From a bacterium (lineage in GTDB: Bacteria; SAR324; NAC60-12): DNA of 64,000 nt. Position 1 is the stretch's first letter; each line of letters starts with the position of its first letter. Both the position numbers and the translations under genes were made by a program. The notes beneath the pieces are model-generated. The model searched no databases and was not told where the DNA came from. It was given only the letters and a program-made list of their open reading frames with translations. Below, in pieces: positions 41,040-49,891 of this stretch. The DNA lies in NCBI GenBank assembly GCA_965205865.1, contig CBDBHR010000030.1, positions 160,001 through 224,000 on the forward strand, given 5' to 3'.

Positions 41040-41133
41040 GTCGGACGGGGATGAAGGGATTGCCATAACCCTGGGTCAGCCCGAACTTTCAGCCTCATTC
41101 ACAAGGAAAGGGGGAGAGATGAGATCAGGTAGT

Positions 41134-41269
41134 TAACCTGAGTTCGAGATAAGAATTTAATAAATTCAATATGTTATGGAATCTTCATATCTTAGAGAAA
41201 CCTTGTCATTCCTGCGAGATCCCTGCGTACGCAGGGAAGGAATCCAGAGATATGCAGCCAGACTGAAAT
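41134..41269. mobile_element. MITE family A, truncated copy
   Basis: Near-identical to the first ~136 bp of 33533-33790. Confidence 0.9.
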
Positions 41270-41396
41270 ATGGTGTGAGCAAAATTGGGGGACATGTACA
41301 GCGCTGTACATCCCAACTCTACTGTTTTATGCCTGCTGTTACATGTCCCCTAATTTTGCGTATCCATACTTCTAACTTATTTAAATTTCATTCCTA
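41270..41396. mobile_element. MITE family C, one-ended copy abutting the family A copy
   Basis: Near-identical to 34466-34588. Confidence 0.87.
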
Positions 41397-41980
41397 ATTG
41401 GGGGAATTCTGCGCGAAGATGACGAGAAACATAATCTCGATAATAGGATTTCAACTCCCGATAGTGGGATTGATGAAAATGAATCAAGATCCTTATGACT
41501 TCACTTGGGGATAAACTCGATGCTTTCAAACGCTGTTTTTCTCCATAGCGCAATTGTTGTTGATGCCACTAGCACCGTAGGGCAAAAGTGCGTACATGTT
41601 TTTCTCCTTCCGGCTAATCGCAGCGTTGTCATTCCGGGCGAAGACCCGGAATCCAGGGATTGAGGGTCTTCAGAAATCGGTTGTTGATGACTCTCATCGC
41701 CGATTCTCGAATGTCGAATAACTCATGAGATCAAGGGAGCGCATGCGTCTGTCCGAAGTGGACCTTCCCTGACGACTAGTCGAAAAGACTTCGGCAAGGG
41801 TAATGGAATTTTTCTTTTGACATCCTCCAATTCAGCATGTACGGTTAGGTGCCGTTCTTAGCTTGGGAAGGCGAGTTTTCTTTGTTCACCACTTATCCTG
41901 AGTTGTTGCGGATATGGAGCATGGTAACTCCCGGCGAGACTGGGTTTGTGGGATGATGAACGGAAGCAAAGGGGTAGACA

Positions 41981-42769
41981 ATGACGGGCTTTGAACGGGC
42001 CTTTGGTGATACGGAAAAGGCTGCAAATTCGACTATGAAATCTGCGGCAGAACTTGCAAAGCTGGCCGGGGTTTTGCGGAATGCAGCTAAGAAAGGGGAT
42101 ATCGGCGCCATAAAAAAGGCTGCTTCAAGGTTAAACAGCGCTCTGAGTTCTCTAAGGCAGGAGGTGGAAAACGCGGTTGAAACATGGCCTTTCAAAGACG
42201 GTGAAGAGTCGGAATATCTCAGAGAACACTTTGCCGCCGAGTTGCGTGGCTCCGCGGTGGAAAAGGGACTGAACATCTATGAAAGAGATGGCGTATTGAT
42301 TTCTCACCCGTCTATCGTTCAAATCTTGCCTGAAAACCATGCTGTGAGAATCGACCGGAAGAAAGTATCGACTTTGAGGCCGTCCTACCTTGCTGACATC
42401 CTGATCAATAACCAGAAAAAACCACGTCGCTTTCGTTCAGACCGTTTCCTGGAGGCTTTGTACAATAATTACAAACTCTGCGCTAAACTCTCCTCTAGCA
42501 GTTCGATCAAAGATCCTGTGGTGCCTCTGGAGGAAATCTATAAGACATTCACCTCTCTTCCTGGTGTCAGCAATGAGTACAAGAAGCTGGACTTTGCAAA
42601 GGACCTGTATTTTTTAGAGGTCAATGGCCCGTTCAGCACCAGGTCAGGCGCGCGTGTAGCTTTCCCCTCTTCTACATTGGCAAGAAGCGCTCGAGGCAGT
42701 TTTCCCATCGTAGGTCCTGACGGGCAAATAGTGACGTATTACGGAATCCAATTCATTGGAGGCGAATAA
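41981..42769 (+). CDS. Hypothetical protein, first gene of a three-gene NTPase operon
   Basis: 262 aa, helical N-terminus, SD AAGGGG, TAATG coupling to the next gene. Confidence 0.85.
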   Translation: MTGFERAFGDTEKAANSTMKSAAELAKLAGVLRNAAKKGDIGAIKKAASRLNSALSSLRQEVENAVETWPFKDGEESEYLREHFAAELRGSAVEKGLNIYERDGVLISHPSIVQILPENHAVRIDRKKVSTLRPSYLADILINNQKKPRRFRSDRFLEALYNNYKLCAKLSSSSSIKDPVVPLEEIYKTFTSLPGVSNEYKKLDFAKDLYFLEVNGPFSTRSGARVAFPSSTLARSARGSFPIVGPDGQIVTYYGIQFIGGE

Positions 42770-43755
42770 TGAACCTGCCCCTTCATGATTGGCTGAGACG
42801 TATCGATTCCGAATACTTGTCGTCTTTCATCCAGGATGGCGGCGGCTCCGTCAAATTTGTCGTCACCCCGGAAGACTTGAAACCAGCCTTGTACGAAACT
42901 GTGGAGAACCGAGGAAAGGAACAAGATTATGTGGTTGTCAAGCTGGATGCGTCAGATATGAGAATTCATATGCCCCAGGACATTTTTTTCGAAATGGCAA
43001 AACAGGTTGATTGGCGGCATTTGGCCCGTCGTCTTCTTTTACGATTGGCCAGGGAAATTGGTTATCGGGTTGATACTATTGATCCTCATCAGACTGATAA
43101 CATCTTTAAGGCTATGGGAGACGTCAATGATCTCGAGTTGGAGTCCGTACTGCAAGAGCTGAGACCTCAATTAGAAAATAAAGTTACCAAAAAATATCGT
43201 ATGACTAAAGATTTCAGGGTTGCTATGACTCATCTTTGCCGATACGAAAACAACCGTGGAAATCAATCCTACGAAGGTCAACCGCTGATTGATTGGCTAA
43301 CAGGAAATGCCAAACTTGGCGCGGTCAGGCCATTCTCGATCTACACCAGCATCAACCGCAAGACAGCCAGGTATTTCATTGAATCGGCTCTTTACTATTT
43401 CCAGTATGCGGGATATGCGGGAACCGTGATTCTGCTCGATAATTCCCGTGTGACGCTTGCCCGTAATCCGCTAGATGGGCTCAGATACTACACCAGAAGC
43501 ATGACGACAGATCACTATGAGCTTTTGAGGCAGTTTATCGATAGAACCGAACATTTGGTTGGGACTTTGCTTGTGGTGGTGACGGATAACGCATTTCTTG
43601 AGCAGGATGCTCGTTCCAGAGGGTTTGGTATCTATCCGGCTCTCATGACAAGAGTCATGGACGATGTCCGTGACAAAAACATGGTGAATCCGATAGCTCC
43701 CTTGGTGCAGCTATCTCAAGAAGGGACTAACCCTTATGGATACTGTGATAGATAA
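42769..43755 (+). CDS. BrxD/DUF2791-like P-loop domain protein with degenerate Walker A
   Basis: GGGSVKFVV strand not followed by GxxGxGK; AGYAGTVILLDN Walker B-like; LRQFID and YPAL..R typical of DUF2791/BrxD. Confidence 0.7.
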   Translation: MNLPLHDWLRRIDSEYLSSFIQDGGGSVKFVVTPEDLKPALYETVENRGKEQDYVVVKLDASDMRIHMPQDIFFEMAKQVDWRHLARRLLLRLAREIGYRVDTIDPHQTDNIFKAMGDVNDLELESVLQELRPQLENKVTKKYRMTKDFRVAMTHLCRYENNRGNQSYEGQPLIDWLTGNAKLGAVRPFSIYTSINRKTARYFIESALYYFQYAGYAGTVILLDNSRVTLARNPLDGLRYYTRSMTTDHYELLRQFIDRTEHLVGTLLVVVTDNAFLEQDARSRGFGIYPALMTRVMDDVRDKNMVNPIAPLVQLSQEGTNPYGYCDR

Positions 43756-45025
43756 AAATGCTTTTGCCTGCAGGCAGGCGTTGGAAGCCCTGCGGAGCGG
43801 TGTGCCCAATGCGGAATCCGTAAAATTATTGGGATGTGGTCAATCGCAAGTAGAAAGTAAGTTCACCGAACTCTTGGCCAAATGTACGGACCTGGATAAT
43901 CCCACTTCCCATTCCCTGGGGATGTTGGTTTCCGGTGATTTTGGTACGGGGAAGTCTCACCTGCTTTCCTATCTGGAGCACCAAGCGTTGAAGAAGGGTT
44001 TCGTCTGCAGCAGGGTAGCTATCAGCAAAGAGACGCCGCTCTATGACCAGGCCAAAGTGTTCACATCCGCGATAGACAACGGCCGGATACCAGACCGCAC
44101 CGGGCAGCTAATGGAAGAAATCGGACTCAGCCTTGAACAAGAAACCGATGCGTACGCGCGTTTCTTCCAGTGGGCCAATAGGAGCGGACTGCTGCACTCT
44201 ATTTTCCCGGCGACCTTAATGCTCCATGAAAGGGCAAACGATCTCGAACTGATTAACGAAGTCAGAGCGTTCTAGTCGGGAGAACGAATTGCGATGGCCA
44301 AGGTAAAGAATGGCCTCAAAGCGATAGGTCAGCTACAAAATTTTCCCTTCAAAGCGCCGAAAGCGAGAGAATTACCCCCGCAACGGCTACGGTTCGCATC
44401 AGAGTTGATCAAGGCAGCAGGCTACAAAGGTTGGGTCGTTTTGTTTGACGAAATCGAATTAGTCGCTTCTTACGGGCCGCTCCAAAGAGCTCGCTCCTAC
44501 GCTGAACTGGCCTGCTGGTTAGGAGAGGTTTCCGCTGAAACGTGCCCGGGGCTCGTTGTTGCTGGCACGGTGACGGACGACTTCGCTACAGCCATTTTAA
44601 CTGGCAAGCGAGACCTCGACTCGGCAAGTTCCCGGTTGCGTTCCCGTGGAAATGGTGATGCTGCGGACAGGGCTGAGGCGGGTATGCGGAGCCTCGAGCA
44701 GGGTACGATTGCGTTAGAACCCCCGACTGCGGAAGACGTGAAGGCGACCGTCGAAAAACTACGGAAAATCTACAGCATTGCCTATGGATGGGAGGCGCCA
44801 CAATTAAAGAGCATGGCAGGTGGTGCGGGATATCGAAGCAGGATGAGATACAAGGTCCGAGCTCCGATAAATGAATGGGACCTGTTGCGCTTGTACCCCA
44901 ATTCACGCCCTGAAACAGTGGGAACCGAGTTCAGAGTCAGCTATGAAGACATTCCGGAACCGGAGGATGACACGATCTTCAACGATCTCAACAATGGTAT
45001 CCATCCCGCCGTCGGGTTGGAATAA
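43736..45025 (+). pseudogene. BrxD/DUF2791-like P-loop ATPase split by one in-frame TAG
   Basis: ALEALRSGVP, VSGDFGTGKSHLL (Walker A), GYKGWVVLFDEIE (Walker B); TAG at 44273-44275 (VRAF*SGERIAM), both halves in the same frame. Confidence 0.8.
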
Positions 45026-45126
45026 TGTTGGTTTTTGATTGATAGTATGGCTAGAGTAAATAGGGATCACAAAATTTTTTACGGAATTCCACCTGCCAGG
45101 GAGATTCTGGTAACTTTAAAAACGGC

Positions 45127-46239
45127 TCAATTAAAATCAGCTCCCACCGCTTGAGAAACTGAGGAAAATCCATCCTGATCCAGCAAGCGCAGCAATTCCT
45201 GTTTGATAAATTTGGCAGTTGCCGGTCCACGATATACCATACCCGTATAAACTTGGACCAATGAAGCGCCGGCACGGATCTTTTCGTAAGCATCCCTACC
45301 CGTAAAAACGCCTCCCACTCCAATGATAGGCAGAGATTTTTCAAAATGCTGGTATAGCTGCCTGATCACACGGGTAGAAAGTTTCTGCAAAGGGACGCCA
45401 CTCAATCCTCCTACCTCTTTAGCGGCTCGATCGTTTTTTATGTTTTCACGTTTCTTGGTCGTGTTGGTTGCTATAATGCCATCCAGCTCAAATTCCTCCA
45501 TGACTGTTACGATTTCATGGAAGATTCCCTCTGTCAAGTCTGGTGCGATTTTGAGCAAAATGGGCTTGCTCAGTATTCCTTGGTGGACAAATTCTTTTCG
45601 GATCTGCAGCAGTTTGCTCATCAATATACTCAGCGATTCTTGTTCTTGCAACGCACGTAGCTTTTCCGTATTTGGAGAACTGACATTGATGACGATATAA
45701 TCCGCCTGCTCATACACACGCCTCAATGTCGTCTCATAATCCACATAGGCTTCTTTTATCGGAGTCTCTTTGTTTTTTCCTATGTTGATTCCCAAGATAC
45801 CCTGAGGGGGAGATCGACGCACATTTTTAAGCAAGGCTTGCGCTCCCTGATTGTTGAAACCGAGGCTATTGATCAGGGCCTGATCTTCTTCAAGGCGAAA
45901 AAGACGCGGTGCCGGATTCCCTATTTGGGGCTGCGGTGTCACTGTCCCTATTTCAACATATCCGAATCCCAGGGAGAATAACGGATTGAAAACGATCCCG
46001 TTTTTATCAAAACCAGCCGCCATTCCAATTGGATTGGGAAAAGTTTTCCCCCACAGCTCCATTTGCAGGGCCGGATGCTCGAATCCATAAACGTGTTGCA
46101 AGACCTGGGAGACCCCAAAGCACTTGAAAACATGTCGCATCGTCCAAAGTGTTTGCTCGTGAATCTTTTCGGGATCTTGTTTGAACAAAAAAGGCCGGAT
46201 GAGCTGAAACAGATGGTCCTGACGAAAGAAATTCTCCAT
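45127..46239 (-). CDS. pyrD: Quinone-dependent dihydroorotate dehydrogenase (class 2)
   Basis: DPEKIH, AAGFDKNG, GNPAPRLFRL, INVSSPNT, LKIAPD, GGLSG. Confidence 0.97.
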   Translation of the reverse strand: MENFFRQDHLFQLIRPFLFKQDPEKIHEQTLWTMRHVFKCFGVSQVLQHVYGFEHPALQMELWGKTFPNPIGMAAGFDKNGIVFNPLFSLGFGYVEIGTVTPQPQIGNPAPRLFRLEEDQALINSLGFNNQGAQALLKNVRRSPPQGILGINIGKNKETPIKEAYVDYETTLRRVYEQADYIVINVSSPNTEKLRALQEQESLSILMSKLLQIRKEFVHQGILSKPILLKIAPDLTEGIFHEIVTVMEEFELDGIIATNTTKKRENIKNDRAAKEVGGLSGVPLQKLSTRVIRQLYQHFEKSLPIIGVGGVFTGRDAYEKIRAGASLVQVYTGMVYRGPATAKFIKQELLRLLDQDGFSSVSQAVGADFN

Positions 46240-46380
46240 GGGCTGGTCTCCTGACCGTAAGCATTCTCAGTTTTCCATGAATAACATTTTGCTTTTCAAT
46301 TTACATCATTTTCATTTGCTCATTGCTTTTTTCCAGCAGAAAGCATAATTTTATTGTTTCATTCTTAAAAGGAGAGGCAT

Positions 46381-47286
46381 ATGGAACGATTAGAAACGAC
46401 ACGGTTATTGACTGCGATCAAAACTCCCTACCTGGAAAATGGTGATATTGACCTGGATACTTATGATTTCCTGGTTGATCAACAAATAAAAAATGGTGTG
46501 GAAGGATTGATTGTCGGCGGTACGACAGGAGAAGGTCATTTGATGAGTTGGGATGAGCACATCATGTTGATTGCGCACAGTGTTCATCAATTTGGAAATC
46601 AATTAGTGATTGTTGGTAATACGGGTAGCAATAACACGCGAGAGGCGGATCATGCGACATCGCAGGGTTTTGCCGTCGGGATGCGCGCCTCTCTGCAAAT
46701 CAATCCTTACTATGGAAAAACTTCAAAGGAAGGCTTGAAAGCCCATTTTAAGCGTGTGTTCGATTTGGGACCGGCAATTGTTTACAACGTACCGAGTCGA
46801 ACCGGACAGGACCTTGAGCCTGAATTGATGCAAGAACTGGCAAAGCATCCTAATTTTAAAGGAATCAAAGAGTGTCAAGGACCTGAACGGATTGCCGGAT
46901 ACACGGAACAAGGCATACGTTGCTGGTCAGGCAATGACGATGACAGTTTTTCTTCTCGTCATGATTGCGGTGCCAATGGGGTGATTTCCGTAACGAGTAA
47001 TGTGGTCCCGGGACTGATGCGCCGTTTGATGGACACGGAGGACGCTCAACTCAACGAACAACTTCGCTCGTTGATGTCCTGGCTCTTTTGCGAACCCAAC
47101 CCCATTCCCCTGAATACGGCACTGGCCATGACAGGCGCTGCTGCTCCGATTTTTCGTCTCCCCTACGTTCCTTTGGATTTGCAAAGAAGGCGCATTGGTT
47201 TGGAAATCCTGCAGGGATTCGACGAAAAAGATTGGGTTGGGGACAAACTGGAACTCTTTGATGACGACTGCGTCATTTTTATATAA
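46381..47286 (+). CDS. dapA: 4-hydroxy-tetrahydrodipicolinate synthase (plant-type sequence)
   Basis: GGTTGEG, INPYYGKTS, YNVPSRTG, GIKEC, WSGNDD, EPNPI. Confidence 0.93.
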   Translation: MERLETTRLLTAIKTPYLENGDIDLDTYDFLVDQQIKNGVEGLIVGGTTGEGHLMSWDEHIMLIAHSVHQFGNQLVIVGNTGSNNTREADHATSQGFAVGMRASLQINPYYGKTSKEGLKAHFKRVFDLGPAIVYNVPSRTGQDLEPELMQELAKHPNFKGIKECQGPERIAGYTEQGIRCWSGNDDDSFSSRHDCGANGVISVTSNVVPGLMRRLMDTEDAQLNEQLRSLMSWLFCEPNPIPLNTALAMTGAAAPIFRLPYVPLDLQRRRIGLEILQGFDEKDWVGDKLELFDDDCVIFI

Positions 47287-47540
47287 GAATGGGGGACGCT
47301 TTTAACGTCGAGATCGTCAATTACCACAGAGGATAAACCGATGCGCCCCGTCGCGCACTCCAACCGATTGTTGAAACGCGGCTTTGAAGCGCGTTGTCTG
47401 GCGGTGCGGTTTGACCGCTATTTCGGTAACCGCCCTTGTTTCCGGCTCGCCCCCCAGAGCCAATATGACATTGCCTTGGTCAAACGAGACCACGGTGTGG
47501 AAATAACCAGGCAAGTGCAACCCGACGGTTCCTGATACCC

Positions 47541-47705
47541 ATGCCAACTCAGAACTTGCTGACACGAGATACCGATATCCACTCTGCCAACCGCGTGCCC
47601 TATCGTCTGCTGGAAGAAGCGTCCGACCATTTCTCCGGTGAGTTGGATGTCGGCAACATGCTCAAACATGGTGACAATCTGGAAAATGAACCGCATCCAC
47701 TGTGA
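47541..47705 (+). pseudogene. 5' stub of a type III Mod methyltransferase
   Basis: MPTQNLLTRDTDIHSANRVPYRLLEE...GNMLKHGDNLE aligns with the N-terminus of 51411-52964 (MPILHWLTRDADI...YRLLEE...GNMLIQGDNLE). Confidence 0.85.
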
Positions 47706-47781
47706 GATGTATACTTAGCTTTTTCATAGGGGATGAGCGCCAAGGAGTTCAATCACTTGAAATCGAAATTGGGTGACATAA

Positions 47782-49890
47782 ATGAGTAACGAATACATCA
47801 TGAGAATATCTCGGCTCACGGTCGACAAACTCGGCGTAAAACTCTACGACAAAGTTTCTGCCGTTATCGCCGAACTTATTGCAAATTCCTACGATGCCGA
47901 TGCAAAGGTGGTCACCATAAGCGCCCCTATGGGACAGTTTCTTGCTTCAAAGGCAGGTGGTTCACTCTCTGACAAAGGTTTCACGATTGAAGTCGTGGAC
48001 GATGGTAGCGGTATGACTCCTGAACAGATGCAACAGTTTTTTCTTGTGGTCGGTGCTGAGCGTCGAGCCGACCCCCTTCGAGGTTCAACTTCCCCACACT
48101 ACAGACGGAAAGTCATGGGAAGAAAAGGTGTTGGTAAGCTTGCGCCGTTCGGAATCTGCAAGATTATCGAAGTAATCAGCGCGGGTGGTGAAGATATCAA
48201 ACAGACAAACAGAGGGAATCACCACGGATATTTAACGTCGCACATCATCTTGAACTATGACGAAATCGTCGCAGAGAATGGCGAACCAGGCGAACTGTAT
48301 AAGCCAACGGTCGGAGAAAATGACGATACGCTTAGTGATAGACCTGGAACGACAATAAAACTGAGACAGTTCAACTATCGACGGGTTCCAGACATTGATA
48401 CTCTCTTACGCCAAATTGCTCAACGATTTGGCATTCAATCTGAGAACTGGAGAATAGTTCTTGAGGACAACACCCAGACTTCCTCCGAAACCAGCAGGCA
48501 TGTAGTTGGCGCGTTTAACGTTGATACAATGCCGAACACGCGCATTAGGTTTCAGGAGAATGGACCGAACTCGACGCAAGTCATTGGACCAGAAAACGAT
48601 CCGATCTCTGATATTCAAGCAGGCTTTGATCATGATGGAAAATTCTATCCCATAACGGGATGGATAGCTTATTCCAAAGAACCGTATAAAGACGATTTGA
48701 TGGCGGGAGTAAGAATTTACTGCCGCGGGAAAATAGCCGCTCAAACGTCTGTATTCAACAGGCGCGCTGGTTTTACTGGAGAGCATAACATCCGTTCTTA
48801 TCTGGTAGGTGAGTTGTATGCAGATTGGCTTGATGAAGAGGATGATTTGATTCAGACGGACCGTCGGGACATTCTTTGGTCAGACGAACTCGGGCAAGAG
48901 TTTCAAAAATGGGGCCAGCGTATAGTTTCACGAATTGGAACTCTATCACGGGACCCAATGCGAAAGGCTGCTTTGGATTTGTTTCTTGAAACCGGGCGTG
49001 TCGAGGAGCGCATCCAGGAGAGTTTTCCAACAGAAAGTCAGAAAGACATTCGAGAGCAGGCGATCAACGTAGCCAAAATGTTTGGCCGAACCATCAGCCG
49101 AGCGGAAGCAGGGGACGGCGACGTGGTAGGCGACTTGGTTGATCTGAGCATAACCCTTGCCCCACACGTTACTCTCGACGAAATGATGAGGGATGCCGCG
49201 GAAAAAACTGAAACGCCTCTTGCGGCGCTTAGTTCTCTCTTAAGAATCGCACGCATCGCGGAACTTGCCTCGTTTGGCCGGATTGCCGAGGATCGTCTGA
49301 AGGTAATCAATCGTCTGGAGACACTGAAAGACGATGACGGCACCATGGAAGACAGCCTTCAGAACCTCATTGAGGACGCGCCCTGGCTGATCAACCCCGA
49401 ATGGGCGCCGGTAATCGCAAACCAGTCACTCAACAGACTGAGGAAGGAGTTCGAGAAGTACTACGAAAAGAAAACAGGACAAATTATCTCGTTGTCTGAC
49501 TTTCAGAATCCAAGAAGGGAACCTGACTTTGTCTTGTCAAGTCAGGACGGCGTGGCTCAGATTGTTGAGATAAAGAGACCCGGACACGCCCTGAAGAACA
49601 AAGATATGGATAGAATCGTCAAATACCACGATTGCATGCAGTCGTTTCTGATGGATGATAGGAACGTCGACTTTCAGAAATTTTTCCATGACTTCCACAT
49701 TACGCTTGTGTGTGAAAAGCTGGCTCTCACAGAAGCTCAGAGAGCAGCGTACAATGGTTATTTGGCAACGAAAAAACTGACGCACATCAATTGGAAAAAT
49801 TTTTTGCTGCGAACCGAGACCGTGCACCAGGACTTCTTGGCAGAGGCGAAGAGACAACGTACTTTAATTTCGGGAGGGGACAGTTGTTAG
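47782..49890 (+). CDS. GHKL (MORC/MutL-like) ATPase with C-terminal PD-(D/E)xK nuclease, putative restriction component
   Basis: AELIANSYDADA, DDGSGM, GRKGVGK, GTTI GHKL motifs; EPDFVL...IVEIKRP near the C-terminus. Confidence 0.87.
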   Translation: MSNEYIMRISRLTVDKLGVKLYDKVSAVIAELIANSYDADAKVVTISAPMGQFLASKAGGSLSDKGFTIEVVDDGSGMTPEQMQQFFLVVGAERRADPLRGSTSPHYRRKVMGRKGVGKLAPFGICKIIEVISAGGEDIKQTNRGNHHGYLTSHIILNYDEIVAENGEPGELYKPTVGENDDTLSDRPGTTIKLRQFNYRRVPDIDTLLRQIAQRFGIQSENWRIVLEDNTQTSSETSRHVVGAFNVDTMPNTRIRFQENGPNSTQVIGPENDPISDIQAGFDHDGKFYPITGWIAYSKEPYKDDLMAGVRIYCRGKIAAQTSVFNRRAGFTGEHNIRSYLVGELYADWLDEEDDLIQTDRRDILWSDELGQEFQKWGQRIVSRIGTLSRDPMRKAALDLFLETGRVEERIQESFPTESQKDIREQAINVAKMFGRTISRAEAGDGDVVGDLVDLSITLAPHVTLDEMMRDAAEKTETPLAALSSLLRIARIAELASFGRIAEDRLKVINRLETLKDDDGTMEDSLQNLIEDAPWLINPEWAPVIANQSLNRLRKEFEKYYEKKTGQIISLSDFQNPRREPDFVLSSQDGVAQIVEIKRPGHALKNKDMDRIVKYHDCMQSFLMDDRNVDFQKFFHDFHITLVCEKLALTEAQRAAYNGYLATKKLTHINWKNFLLRTETVHQDFLAEAKRQRTLISGGDSC

Positions 49891-49891
49891 C

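Noticed and set aside
41400-41600. Possible decayed small gene on the minus strand (SD plus MYALL)
   Set aside because: Early stop and no convincing family signature
47291-47535. Short ORFs on both strands between dapA and the mod stub
   Set aside because: No recognisable motif or SD; strand and function cannot be assigned
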